Source: Chloroflexota bacterium (GTDB lineage Bacteria; Chloroflexota; Anaerolineae; Anaerolineales; Villigracilaceae). From it: a stretch of 64,000 nt of DNA. Below the pieces are notes generated by a model that was not told the origin of the DNA, made no database searches, and saw only the letters and a program-made list of their open reading frames with translations. Location of the stretch: contig JAPLGS010000103.1 in the NCBI GenBank assembly GCA_026390015.1, positions 41,941-105,940 on the forward strand. Direction: 5' to 3'. Position numbers and translations under genes: made by a program. Numbering within the stretch: position 1 is the first letter of the stretch; each line of letters begins with the position of its first letter. This document shows positions 1-9,579 of the stretch, one piece after another.

Positions 1-393
1 GCCATTGGTCACATTGATCTGGTCGGAGTTCTGCTCGCGCTCGCCATCCTCTTCTGGATTCCCACACACACACTGACCTTCTCGATCAAATTCCGTGAAG
101 ATTACGCCAACGCGGGTGTCCCCACTTTTCCGTCCACATACAGCGATACATTCACGCGCGCTACAATTGCCATCTCATCAATGCTCGCCGCACTTGCGAT
201 CGGTTGGGCAAGTGTGCTCATCGGCATCAGCGCTGGCTATTTGCGATTGATCGCTGTGCTAACAGCAGGTTTGCTATTACTGGCTTTCGCAACATTCCGC
301 GTTGAATCAGAACGCGTAAATTTTGGCCTGTTTAAATACGCGTCACTCTACATGCTATCATCCATGATCATCCTGGCGATGAAAGCGTTTTAA
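1..393 (+). CDS. ctaB: Protoheme IX farnesyltransferase (heme o synthase, UbiA family), 3' part; 5' end lies outside the window
   Basis: Frame 1 is open from base 1: AIGHIDLVGVLLALAILFWIPTHTLTFSIKFREDYANAGVPTFPS...NFGLFKYASLYML. This resembles the CtaB/CyoE FWxPxH...YxxDYxxAGxP motif and the terminal LFxYSxxY helix. Confidence 0.75.
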   Translation, partial: AIGHIDLVGVLLALAILFWIPTHTLTFSIKFREDYANAGVPTFPSTYSDTFTRATIAISSMLAALAIGWASVLIGISAGYLRLIAVLTAGLLLLAFATFRVESERVNFGLFKYASLYMLSSMIILAMKAF

Positions 394-395
394 TT

Positions 396-1001
396 ATGAA
401 AATGTCTGCGTTTGACCGCGTGCTTCTGCTCATCACCGTTTTCCTCTCCGCCTATCAGATCGTGATCGGCATTGACGATCTTTCCACCGCGCCCATCATC
501 GCATACACCATTGCCTTCGGTGTGCTGCTCGTGGCGGGATTACTGCTCATCATCCTCGGCTTTGATGTTTTGGAATCTCCCATCGTGGTCATTGTTTCGA
601 CGATCATCCCGTTGACTCTTTCGCTGGGATTGGTCTGGGAGCACCTCACATTCTATCGGACCGGTTATCTGATCTTCATACTGATCGGTTTCGCCGCTGT
701 GACATTAACCCGCTCGATCACGATGCAGAATAAACTGCCCATCATCACAATTGCAATCGTGCACGGTATCGCAGGCATAACGATCTTCGCACTGCCCATC
801 ATCCTCTCGATGCAAGGAGCGATGAAACCCGCCTTCGCATTGGTGGGCATCGGCGGCGCGTTGATCGGCATCGGGGGATTATTATTATCCTTCTTCAAAG
901 CAGGCAAACCGATCTTATCAAGGGAAATGATATTAAGAATATTCCCAAGCCTGCTGCTGCTCATGACAATTTGTTTTATAACAGGTTTCAAATTTGGATA
1001 A
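396..1001 (+). CDS. Hypothetical polytopic membrane protein (about 6-7 TM)
   Basis: 201 aa ORF starting 2 nt after the ctaB stop; almost entirely hydrophobic helices. Confidence 0.75.
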   Translation: MKMSAFDRVLLLITVFLSAYQIVIGIDDLSTAPIIAYTIAFGVLLVAGLLLIILGFDVLESPIVVIVSTIIPLTLSLGLVWEHLTFYRTGYLIFILIGFAAVTLTRSITMQNKLPIITIAIVHGIAGITIFALPIILSMQGAMKPAFALVGIGGALIGIGGLLLSFFKAGKPILSREMILRIFPSLLLLMTICFITGFKFG

Positions 1002-1005
1002 ACAC

Positions 1006-1048
1006 ATAAACCCTAAAGGCATTCAAAACCTTTAGGGTTATTTTTTTG
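1006..1048 (+). terminator. Hairpin plus T-tract (intrinsic terminator; loop resembles the AGGT/ACCT REP-like palindromes)
   Basis: aaccctaaagg / cctttagggtt 11-bp stem followed by ttttttt. Confidence 0.6.
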
Positions 1049-1062
1049 AAAAGGAGACTCAC

Positions 1063-1740
1063 ATGTTCAAAAATAGTTTCTTCGCAAAGTTCCTTCGTTT
1101 CATCGGGATCGTGTTGATGGCGCTAACCGGCGGTTTTACTCTGCTTGGCGGTATCGGCACAACCTGTGCTGCGCTCTTTCCAACCAAGTATGACTCAATG
1201 ACTGCGCTGGCACCCTTCCAATGGCTGTACATTCTCTTTGTGTTGACAGGAATCGTGATCGGCATCATGGGAATCCGTGCAACAATATTACTTATCAAGG
1301 GGACGGATAAATCTTATCGTGATGCGCTTATCTCGCTCATCGCAGGTGTGGTGATCGGCTTCATCCACATATTTGTCTCGCAAGCATTACGCGGCAAATC
1401 CATGCCAGTGGACGCAGTGGTATACACCACGGTATTTACATTGATCATCTTCCTGCTCTTCAAAATCCCCGTCATCTGGCAGGGTGTGGATTTTTCAAAA
1501 GGCGATGCGAAATCCAACAAATCGGCTGGCAGCGCGGCAGCGATCTTACTGGGCTTGATGACTCTCACCATCCAATACATGATGGCCTCCACTCACACCT
1601 GGGATGGAGTCAACTTTGCCAATGTTTTCAATGTGTCACTTACGTTGATCGGCGGCGGATTAATTTTGGCCGGGTTGGGGTTGTTCGTCAGCTGGGAAAA
1701 AGTTTGGGAAACAGCGGGCAAGCTCCAATCCCAGTATTGA
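1063..1740 (+). CDS. Hypothetical membrane protein
   Basis: 225 aa ORF with aaggag RBS and multiple hydrophobic segments. Confidence 0.75.
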   Translation: MFKNSFFAKFLRFIGIVLMALTGGFTLLGGIGTTCAALFPTKYDSMTALAPFQWLYILFVLTGIVIGIMGIRATILLIKGTDKSYRDALISLIAGVVIGFIHIFVSQALRGKSMPVDAVVYTTVFTLIIFLLFKIPVIWQGVDFSKGDAKSNKSAGSAAAILLGLMTLTIQYMMASTHTWDGVNFANVFNVSLTLIGGGLILAGLGLFVSWEKVWETAGKLQSQY

Positions 1741-1762
1741 AGCGGATATACATCAAGGTAAT

Positions 1763-1799
1763 AAAAACGACCCCGTCAAATCTGGCGGGGTCGTTTATT
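1763..1799. terminator. Bidirectional intrinsic terminator between convergent genes
   Basis: aaacgaccccgtca / tggcggggtcgttt stem with A/T flanks. Confidence 0.75.
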
Positions 1800-1805
1800 C
1801 TATCT

Positions 1806-2288
1806 CTACATTTTTTCAGATACGTTTCCTGTTTCTTTTCGCAGCTGTTCTTCCTGCACCATGCGAACGCCGTTGCTGACCTGATTGCTTACTTTGGCGA
1901 TCTGCTCCTGCAATTGCATGAGTGTTTCAACAACATAGTTATCTGCATCGGCGCGAGTGGATTCGGCTTCGGCGCGCCCCTGGCTGATGATCTGGTCGGC
2001 GCGGCGTTGAGCCTCTTGCACGATAATATCCTTTTGCATCATCTGATCTGCTTTTTCGCGAGCCAGTTGTAAAGTGCGGTTGGCTTCTTCCTGCGCCTGC
2101 GCCATGACACGGTCGCGCTGCGCCATAACTTGTTGCGCCTTCTTTACTTCTTCGGGAATGGCGATTCGCATTTGATCAATTAATTCCAACATGCGGTCTT
2201 CGTCCACAACAACATTATGGGTAAAGGGCAGCGCCTTTGCATCGTTGAAGAGTTCTTCCAAGCGGTCAATGAGTTGAAGTATGTCCAT
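1806..2288 (-). CDS. Conserved coiled-coil protein usually found downstream of coaD (often annotated ATPase or DivIVA-like)
   Basis: MDILQLIDRLEELF...ELIDQMRIAIPEEVKKAQQV...AQAQEEA coiled coil; directly after coaD. Confidence 0.7.
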   Translation of the reverse strand: MDILQLIDRLEELFNDAKALPFTHNVVVDEDRMLELIDQMRIAIPEEVKKAQQVMAQRDRVMAQAQEEANRTLQLAREKADQMMQKDIIVQEAQRRADQIISQGRAEAESTRADADNYVVETLMQLQEQIAKVSNQVSNGVRMVQEEQLRKETGNVSEKM

Positions 2289-2346
2289 GGTGCGCCTCGC
2301 GGGCAGTTTCCTAAAAGATGAAATTACTTTCCAATTCTAGCACAAT

Positions 2347-2862
2347 TTAATCACGAAGTGAGTTTGGCGGAGAGTGCTCGCCCATGTTAAGTACTTTGGC
2401 CTGCAAGGCTTTTTTGACATGCGCAGGCACCATACTGGATACATCACCATTTAAAGTGGCGATCTCGCGCACCGTGCTTGAAGATAAAAACGTATGCTGC
2501 TCGGCTGTGATCAACGCAACAGTTTCAATATCTTTTGCCAGTCGTTGATTTGCCAATGCCATACGGAACTCAAACTCGAAATCAGAGAATACGCGCAGAC
2601 CACGCACGATCACTTGTGCGTCCATTTGGTGAGCAAAATCGATCGTGAGTCCGCTATAACCTGTTACCTTGATCTTTGGGTTATCTTGAAAAGCTTCCTG
2701 CGCAAGTGAGATCCGTTCTTCGGGCGAGAACAGCAAACTCTTGAGCGGCTTATCATACACAGCCATGATCACTTCGTCGAAGAGGCGCGCCGCACGTGAG
2801 GCAATGTCCATGTGCCCAAGATGGATCGGGTCAAATGTGCCTGGGAAAATTGCTCTAACCAT
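2347..2862 (-). CDS. coaD: Pantetheine-phosphate adenylyltransferase
   Basis: AIFPGTFDPIHLGH (HxGH), IVRGLRVFSDFEFE, LSSSTVRE motifs. Confidence 0.97.
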   Translation of the reverse strand: MVRAIFPGTFDPIHLGHMDIASRAARLFDEVIMAVYDKPLKSLLFSPEERISLAQEAFQDNPKIKVTGYSGLTIDFAHQMDAQVIVRGLRVFSDFEFEFRMALANQRLAKDIETVALITAEQHTFLSSSTVREIATLNGDVSSMVPAHVKKALQAKVLNMGEHSPPNSLRD

Positions 2863-2874
2863 GATGCTCCATTA

Positions 2875-2964
2875 TCGTCATTGCAAGGAGGTGTTCTTCC
2901 CGATGAAGCAATCCCCGCGTTTAGGCAGGAGATTGCTTCGCGGTAGAACTGCTCGCAATGACGA
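2875..2964. repeat. REP/RPE-like nested palindromic element (GTCATTGC...GCAATGAC family), full copy
   Basis: Terminal IR tcgtcattgc/gcaatgacga and inner IR gaagcaatc/gattgcttc. Related copies lie at 10377-10440 and 55512-55557. Confidence 0.75.
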
Positions 2965-2972
2965 AATATAAA

Positions 2973-5522
2973 TTAACTAACATCCCCTTGGCCTGCGCCC
3001 CAGAATCTTTCAAAAGCTTCGGCCAGCAAGGTATGTTCAGGTTGTTGCAGATATGGGTCGCGTTCAAATAATGCTTGCGCCTGTGCGCGCGCTTTTTCGA
3101 TCAAAGGTACGTCGGTGATACTGGCCATCTTCAATGTGGAAGCAAAGCCTGCCTGACGTGTTCCTAAAAATTCTCCGGGGCCGCGCGTCTTAAGATCGAG
3201 GTCAGCCAGTTCAAATCCACTGTTGGTGCGGGACATGGCTTGCAGGCGTTCATTCTCTGTCGCATCTTCATGGGTTGGGATCAGCAGACAATATGATTGC
3301 GCTCCGCCGCGGCCCACACGCCCGCGCAGTTGATGCAATTGCGCGAGCCCAAAACGATCCGCGCCTTCGATCAACATGACCGTCGAGTTCGGCACATCCA
3401 CGCCCACTTCGACGACGGTCGTTGAAACGAGAATATCATATTGTCCGTCACGGAACTTCATCATCACTTCATCTTTTTCAGCGGGCTTCATGCGTCCGTG
3501 CAAAAGACCAAGTTTGAGGTCCGGGAAAATTTGCTTCGACAACGTTTCAAAATCATCCACTGCGGCGCGGGCTTCAATCTTCTCGCTTTCATCAATGAGC
3601 GGATAAACGATGAAAGCCTGCCGGCCTTCTTTGATCTGTCCGCGGATCAATGTGAAAGCGCGCTCGCGTTCCTGCGGGCGAAGCACATAGGTATTGATCG
3701 GCTGTCGTCCTTCAGGCATTTGATCAATGACAGAAATATCGAGGTCGCCGAAAACCGTCAACGCCAGTGAACGCGGAATGGGGGTGGCGGTCATCACCAG
3801 CAGATGCGGGTTCGTGCCTTTACTGCGAAGTTCCTTCCGCTGCTCAACACCAAATCGATGCTGTTCATCGATCACAATAAATTGCAGATCTTTAAACTGG
3901 ACCGGGCCTTCAATGACCGCGTGCGTGCCGATCACCATTTTCACTGAACCATCCGCCAGCCCCTGACGGATCGCTTCTTTCTCCGCTTCGGACGTGCTGC
4001 CCACCAACAAGCGGATCTCACTCTGATTCAACATGCCGCCCTCGCCTGCCAGCATGTTCGTGAAATTGCGATAATGCTGCTCCGCAAGAATGGAAGTCGG
4101 CGCCATGATAGCGGCCTGCGCACCCGCGTTGACAACGATGGCCGCGCCCAAGGCCGCTACGACAGTTTTACCCGAACCGACATCACCTTGAACGAGTCTG
4201 TTCATAGGCTGACCAGAGTCCAGATCCACGCGAATATCTTCGACGGTTTTTTGCTGAGCTTCTGTCAAAGTGAAAGGCAGGCTGGTTAACCGAACATCCA
4301 GCCACTCACTCGAGACGGGGAAGCGGCGGCCTTCCACAGATTTCCAATCCCGTTTCTGGCGCAGCACTCCCATTTGCAAATAAAAGATTTCATCAAAGCC
4401 GAGTCGCTCACGGGCTGCTTTGAGTCGATCCTGCGAAACTGGAAAATGAACCTGCATTAAGGCTTCACTAAGTGACACAAGTTTCGCGGCGAGTTTAATT
4501 CTGTCCGGAAGCGCGTCCACAACTGCGGGCGCCCAATGCCCCACCACTTGATTCATAACTCCGCGCAGCCATTTTTGCGTAATTTTTTCAGTCAGTGCAT
4601 AAATGGGAACGATGCGGGCCGTATGCAGATTTTCAACTTCAACGGATTCCCAATCGGGGCTGTTCATCACGAGGCGGCCAAGGTACTGATCTACTTTGCC
4701 AGAGACTGAAATGGCGTCATCTTGCTTGAATCGATTCGCGATCCACGGTTGATTGAAATATGAAAGGCGCAGCGAACCCGTTCCGTCGCTGATCACGACT
4801 TCAACAATAGACATTTTTCCGCCGCGAATGGGACGCGTATGCACACTTTGAATTGTTCCAAGCACAGTCACCACTTCGCCATAAAAAAGTGACTTGATCG
4901 GTTTGAGCTGGCTGTAATCTTCATAACGGCGCGGAAAATAATACAGCATGTCGCCGAGATTGTTCATGCCAAGATTGACAAACGTTTCGGCATATTTGGG
5001 GCCGACACCTTGCAGCACGGTCACGCTGGCATTCAACGCGGCCGGCGTCTGGCTGGTCTTTGCACCCGGCACAGCTTCAGATCGTGGAGGGGGCGCCGGG
5101 CGCGGCTTTTGTTGAACCTTTTGTTGTTGCGGCGGTTGATTCTCTGGACGCTGAGAAGGCAACACAATTTTTTCGACATTAGGGATCGCATCCTGCGCGG
5201 GTTTGGGCGGACGGGGCAGCTGACTCTCCATCGGAGGCTGTGTCTGCGTCTTTGGCTTTTGCCCCGCTTCGGGATAGGTCTCGCCAATCCGTTTCCATAA
5301 TCCCTTGAGCGACTCAGCCCGTCCATCCGGGCTGAGTTTTTCATAGGAACGCAAGCGCGCCACTATGGCCTGAATCACTTCCTCGGCGACGCCTTCTGCG
5401 CGGGCTTCACCTTCCCAAAAGTCGAGCATCTTGGCAAGTCCGCCGATAATGGCAATATTCTCATATTTGTTTTCGTGTTCGAGACGAAAGATTTTTCTAA
5501 GTTTTTCAAGGGATGGTTGCAT
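2973..5522 (-). CDS. recG: ATP-dependent DNA helicase RecG with Pro/Gln-rich N-terminal linker
   Basis: QGDVGSGKT, DEQHRFG, MTATPIPRSL, HGRMK, QLHQLRGRVGRG, RGPGEFLGTRQ motifs. Confidence 0.97.
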   Translation of the reverse strand: MQPSLEKLRKIFRLEHENKYENIAIIGGLAKMLDFWEGEARAEGVAEEVIQAIVARLRSYEKLSPDGRAESLKGLWKRIGETYPEAGQKPKTQTQPPMESQLPRPPKPAQDAIPNVEKIVLPSQRPENQPPQQQKVQQKPRPAPPPRSEAVPGAKTSQTPAALNASVTVLQGVGPKYAETFVNLGMNNLGDMLYYFPRRYEDYSQLKPIKSLFYGEVVTVLGTIQSVHTRPIRGGKMSIVEVVISDGTGSLRLSYFNQPWIANRFKQDDAISVSGKVDQYLGRLVMNSPDWESVEVENLHTARIVPIYALTEKITQKWLRGVMNQVVGHWAPAVVDALPDRIKLAAKLVSLSEALMQVHFPVSQDRLKAARERLGFDEIFYLQMGVLRQKRDWKSVEGRRFPVSSEWLDVRLTSLPFTLTEAQQKTVEDIRVDLDSGQPMNRLVQGDVGSGKTVVAALGAAIVVNAGAQAAIMAPTSILAEQHYRNFTNMLAGEGGMLNQSEIRLLVGSTSEAEKEAIRQGLADGSVKMVIGTHAVIEGPVQFKDLQFIVIDEQHRFGVEQRKELRSKGTNPHLLVMTATPIPRSLALTVFGDLDISVIDQMPEGRQPINTYVLRPQERERAFTLIRGQIKEGRQAFIVYPLIDESEKIEARAAVDDFETLSKQIFPDLKLGLLHGRMKPAEKDEVMMKFRDGQYDILVSTTVVEVGVDVPNSTVMLIEGADRFGLAQLHQLRGRVGRGGAQSYCLLIPTHEDATENERLQAMSRTNSGFELADLDLKTRGPGEFLGTRQAGFASTLKMASITDVPLIEKARAQAQALFERDPYLQQPEHTLLAEAFERFWGAGQGDVS

Positions 5523-5550
5523 GGGGATTATTTTATCATGAGCGCATGTA

Positions 5551-5583
5551 AGAACTCGGAGGTTTTGAAGACCTTCGAATTCT
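5551..5583. repeat. Short imperfect palindrome (REP-like, AGGT/ACCT family) or terminator after degV
   Basis: agaactcggaggt-tttgaag-accttcgaattct. Similar acttcggaggtt words occur near 9958 and 44045. Confidence 0.45.
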
Positions 5584-5586
5584 GCA

Positions 5587-6423
5587 TTACTTCTTTATCG
5601 CCGCGAATCCGAGCCCATTTGGACCGAGATGCGTGCCGATGACTGCGGTCACATTCACGAACAAAATATCACGCGGAATGGATTTTCTGGCGCGGTTCAT
5701 TAATTCATTCAATAATTGCTTTGCGCGCTGTTCAGCATTGGTGTGCAAAATAGCGAGACGTTCCAAATCCCCGAGTCCGAGCAAATAATTGAGGATGCTT
5801 TCATCAGCCTGTTTCGTGGTGCGGACTGCGCCGATGGCTTTCACTTCCCCATCGATTAATTCGATCATCGGTTTGATGGACAATAATCCACCCAGGGCTG
5901 CCACCGCGCCTGGGACTCGTCCGCTGCGTTTGAGATATTCCATCGTATCCAGCGCGGCTGAGACCTGCAATCTTTTTCTAGTAGACTCAATCGCATTCAA
6001 TGCGGACTGTAACCCTAATTCAGATTCTTCTGCGGCGGCGAGGACTTGAAAGCCAAGTCCCAATGAAAGCGAGCCGCTGTCAATACAAGTGACTTTATCG
6101 GGGAATTCCTTCGCGGCTTCATGCGCCACATTGATAATGGTTGTCAATTGACTGGCAGCATGGATCGAAATGATATGGTCACAGCCTTGAGAGAGCAGAG
6201 TCTCATAAGGTGTGGTGAAATCTCCAATGGAAGGGGCGGCAGTTGTCGGCGGGGTGCGAAGCGAGGGCAGTCGGTTATAAAATTCCTCGCGCGTGATGCC
6301 AATCCCATCCAAATATTCCTTTCCCTCTAAAACAAGGATTGTCGGCACAACTTGAATATTATGTTCTTCTACAAGGTACGCGGGAAGATCAGAAGTTGAG
6401 TCTGTGACGATGCCGAGTTTCAT
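5587..6423 (-). CDS. degV: DegV family fatty-acid-binding protein (FakB-like)
   Basis: IVTDSTSDLP, TTAAPS, IDSGSLSLGLG, LKRSGRV, VIGTHLGP motifs. Confidence 0.93.
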   Translation of the reverse strand: MKLGIVTDSTSDLPAYLVEEHNIQVVPTILVLEGKEYLDGIGITREEFYNRLPSLRTPPTTAAPSIGDFTTPYETLLSQGCDHIISIHAASQLTTIINVAHEAAKEFPDKVTCIDSGSLSLGLGFQVLAAAEESELGLQSALNAIESTRKRLQVSAALDTMEYLKRSGRVPGAVAALGGLLSIKPMIELIDGEVKAIGAVRTTKQADESILNYLLGLGDLERLAILHTNAEQRAKQLLNELMNRARKSIPRDILFVNVTAVIGTHLGPNGLGFAAIKK

Positions 6424-6478
6424 GAAGGAAGTTTAACATAAAAGATTCATGTCGCTGCGGGAACGGAGACTTTACCTC

Positions 6479-6507
6479 TTGACATACTGTGTTATACATA
6501 GTATTAT
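6479..6507 (+). promoter_or_regulatory. Sigma70-type promoter with overlapping inverted-repeat operator, upstream of padR
   Basis: TTGACA (6479-84), 17 nt, TATTAT (6502-07). IR atactgtgt-tat-acatagtat (6484-6504, one mismatch) sits between the hexamers. Confidence 0.7.
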
Positions 6508-6524
6508 GTGACAAAGGTGTATAT

Positions 6525-6854
6525 ATGGCAAACAGTGAATCGCTCGATAAGGTTGTCCTTGAACTGCGGCGCGGACTGATCGTGCTGGCAGTGCTCAGTC
6601 AATTGGGTGACGAGCAGTATGGATACTCCCTGCTCAAGCTGCTTTCAGATCAAGGGCTGGAAGTTGATCAGGGAACTTTGTACCCGCTCTTGCGGCGGTT
6701 GGAAACACAGGGGTTGTTGGAATCCGTCTGGAAACTCGAAGAAGCGCGTCCGCGCCGTTATTACGTGATCAGCGCGGAGGGGGAAAAACTTCTGCCGAAG
6801 TTAAAGAAGGAATGGGCCGGCATTGTCTCTGTGATGAACAAGATGCTGGCTTAG
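6525..6854 (+). CDS. PadR family transcriptional regulator
   Basis: ELRRGLIVLAVL...YGYSLL...VDQGTLYPLLRRLE..GLLES.W.....RPRRYY.IS..G winged-HTH. ATG at 6525 follows aaagg. Confidence 0.93.
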   Translation: MANSESLDKVVLELRRGLIVLAVLSQLGDEQYGYSLLKLLSDQGLEVDQGTLYPLLRRLETQGLLESVWKLEEARPRRYYVISAEGEKLLPKLKKEWAGIVSVMNKMLA

Positions 6855-6869
6855 AAGAAGGAGAATAAA

Positions 6870-7841
6870 ATGAAACTCATTGAACGATATGTTACCGAAG
6901 TTGGAAAACATCTTCCGCTCCTCAAAGGGCGCGAGGATATCGAAAAGGAATTGCGCTCCACGCTTGAAGATATGCTCGAGGATCGCGCGCAGAGATCAGG
7001 AATGCCCGCTGACGAAGCCATGGAAATTGAGTTACTCAAAGAATATGGCTCACCTCAAAAAGTGGCGGCAACTTATAACCCACAGCCGTATTTAATCGGT
7101 CCGCAGATGTTCCCCACTTTCTTAATGGTGCTTAAGATCGTGATCCCAATTGTTGTGATCGTCTTATTGGTCTTAACAGGAATCCGCGCTGTAACAGAAA
7201 CGCCTTTCATGGGCGCAGACTTTATGGATATTATTGGGGACGGGCTTGGCGGAATCGTGTCTGCGGCGATTACGGCTTGCGGATATATCGTTTTTATATT
7301 TGCAATTCTTGAACGTGTTTTGCCCGATTCACAAATTGATGAGTTGAAGATGGAAGAAAATTGGAATCCCGCCTCACTCGCAAAGTTACCTGATCCTGAT
7401 TCTGTGAAACGCAGTGACCTGATCGCAGAAATCGCATTTACATTCGTGGGGCTTGCCATTTTGAACGGGATATTCGCCACACCCATATTTTCGGACGCAT
7501 TCACCAGGTTCGTCCCGTGGATCAATGCGGTTTTCCTTGCTGATATCGCGTTAAATATTTACCTGCTCCGCAGCGCGTTGTGGGCTCCCATCACTCGTGT
7601 CACAAAGATCCTAATTGAAGCCGCCAGTATCGTGATCACGGTCATCATCCTGCGCACGCCAAACTTAATCGGTTTTACAACCAGGTCTTTTCAGGATATA
7701 CCCGAAAATTCTTCAGTCAATCTCGAAACACTGGTGGGAATCATCAATTCCTCAATCTCGATTTCCCTGGTAATTGTTATCATCGTAGCGGGCATTGAAC
7801 TGGCAAAAGCGGCCTACGGACTGCTCTACAGGAAAAAATAA
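6870..7841 (+). CDS. Membrane protein with N-terminal HAAS-like helical domain (PadR partner)
   Basis: N-terminus LIERYVTEVGKHLP...EDIEKELRSTLEDMLED...LLKEYGSPQKVA, followed by several TM helices; co-oriented 15 nt after padR. Confidence 0.7.
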   Translation: MKLIERYVTEVGKHLPLLKGREDIEKELRSTLEDMLEDRAQRSGMPADEAMEIELLKEYGSPQKVAATYNPQPYLIGPQMFPTFLMVLKIVIPIVVIVLLVLTGIRAVTETPFMGADFMDIIGDGLGGIVSAAITACGYIVFIFAILERVLPDSQIDELKMEENWNPASLAKLPDPDSVKRSDLIAEIAFTFVGLAILNGIFATPIFSDAFTRFVPWINAVFLADIALNIYLLRSALWAPITRVTKILIEAASIVITVIILRTPNLIGFTTRSFQDIPENSSVNLETLVGIINSSISISLVIVIIVAGIELAKAAYGLLYRKK

Positions 7842-7853
7842 TTTTTGTCTGCA

Positions 7854-7893
7854 AAAAAAGAGACGGTCACTTGAAAATGACCGTCTCTTTCTT
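7854..7893. terminator. Bidirectional terminator
   Basis: aaagagacggtca / tgaccgtctcttt 13-bp stem between convergent genes. Confidence 0.8.
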
Positions 7894-7903
7894 TAATTAT
7901 TAT

Positions 7904-9565
7904 TCACTCGATCGAAATAATGAATTGATAATGCGGCTGTCCGCCTTCCTGTACTTCAATTTCATGGGACGGATATTTTTCGCGCACCAGATCTGCGATG
8001 CGATTCGCTTCGGCGTGCGGCAACCCTTCGCCATAGAAGAACGTGATCAACTCAAGCTCATCAGCCCCTGCTTTTTCAAGCAGCTCCATCACGCCCTGTT
8101 CAACTGATTCAGCCGAAACGACCAGCTTGCCATCCAACAACGCGATCACCTGACCATCTTTGACATTCACGCCGTCAATTTCAACGGTGCGCGTTGCGAT
8201 GGTGATCTCGCCTGTTTTCACAGAGCTAATAGCTCGGGCCATTTTTTCAGCGACGGAAACCAGTTCCCCGTCAGGGATGAGCGAGAGCATGGCGGCAAGT
8301 CCCTGCGGGACGGTGCGCGTCGGTATTACCATCACATGCTTCACAGTCACATCTTTCGCCTGATTCGCGGCGAGGATAATATTTTTATTGTTCGGCAAAA
8401 TGATCACTTTATCGGTCGGCAGGTTTTCAAACGAATTCAAAATATCCTGAGTGGATGGATTCATACTCTGTCCGCCGGCCACAATGGCGGCCACGCCCAA
8501 GCTTGCGAAGATGCGGCTCAGGCCTAGCCCTGGTGAAACAACTACTACTGCGATATGCCCGGGCTCCACTGTGGTGAACTGAAGTTGTTTACTCTTTTGA
8601 ATTTCATCCATTTGGGCGAGCAGGTTTTCGATGGCGACTTTTGTGACCGTACCGATGCCCATGATGTAGTCGATCGGCTCGTAGCGTTTTTCAACCGGCA
8701 CATGGATGTGCATACGATACATGCCTTCGCCCTCACCCACCTGAATGGAAGTTCCCATTTCTTCGAGCCGCTCATAGAACGCGGCCAAATTCAATTCGTC
8801 TGTTGGCACAAAATCCACTACGATCTCGTAGTCCTGTCCCTCTTCCACTTCGTCCAGCGCGCCCTGCAGATCCATCGCGGAAAGTGAATGTACCATCGTG
8901 GTCGGTGTCTCAAGCGACTCGCCATACACGTGCCGCAGCATGCCTTCCAAAATTAAAAATAAACCTTTTCCGCCTGAGTCAACGACACCTGCCTGTTTGA
9001 GGACTGGGAGCAGTTCCGGCGTATTTTTGACTGCTTCGTCTGCGGCATGGACCGCCACTTCGAGCATCGCTATCGGATCTTTCACTGTCCCTAAAGCTGC
9101 TTCTGTTGCAAGTGCAATTTCTTTGATGACGGTTAGGATCGTCCCCTCCACCGGGCGGACGACTCCTTTATAGGCTGTATCACGCGCCTCGCCAAAAGCC
9201 TTGACCATCGTCGCGACATCCAAGGTGGCTTTCTCATGAACACCGCGCGAAAATCCACGCAAGATCTGGCTGGTGATGACACCGGAATTTCCACGAGCGC
9301 CCATCAACGCGCCTTTTGAAACCAGAGCAGCCATTTCGCCGAGATTATTTGTGCCAGAGTCCTTGATCTCATTCCACGCGGCTTGCAAGGTGAGAGTCAT
9401 GTTCGTGCCGGTATCGCCGTCAGGGACGGGGAACACATTCAAGGCGTTGACCATATCCTTGTTCGTGCGGAGCCAGGTCAGGCCGGCGTCTATGAGTCGT
9501 TTGAGAGATTGGCCGTCAATTGGCAGCCTGCGGAATTTGTCAATGCGTGCAGAGTCCACACCCAT
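7904..9565 (-). CDS. DAK2 domain fusion protein YloV / fatty acid kinase catalytic subunit (FakA-like)
   Basis: NALNVFPVPDGDTGTNM, GARGNSGVI, VVDSGGKG, GGQSMNPS, GGQPHY motifs. Confidence 0.93.
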   Translation of the reverse strand: MGVDSARIDKFRRLPIDGQSLKRLIDAGLTWLRTNKDMVNALNVFPVPDGDTGTNMTLTLQAAWNEIKDSGTNNLGEMAALVSKGALMGARGNSGVITSQILRGFSRGVHEKATLDVATMVKAFGEARDTAYKGVVRPVEGTILTVIKEIALATEAALGTVKDPIAMLEVAVHAADEAVKNTPELLPVLKQAGVVDSGGKGLFLILEGMLRHVYGESLETPTTMVHSLSAMDLQGALDEVEEGQDYEIVVDFVPTDELNLAAFYERLEEMGTSIQVGEGEGMYRMHIHVPVEKRYEPIDYIMGIGTVTKVAIENLLAQMDEIQKSKQLQFTTVEPGHIAVVVVSPGLGLSRIFASLGVAAIVAGGQSMNPSTQDILNSFENLPTDKVIILPNNKNIILAANQAKDVTVKHVMVIPTRTVPQGLAAMLSLIPDGELVSVAEKMARAISSVKTGEITIATRTVEIDGVNVKDGQVIALLDGKLVVSAESVEQGVMELLEKAGADELELITFFYGEGLPHAEANRIADLVREKYPSHEIEVQEGGQPHYQFIISIE

Positions 9566-9579
9566 AAGAATATATTCTC

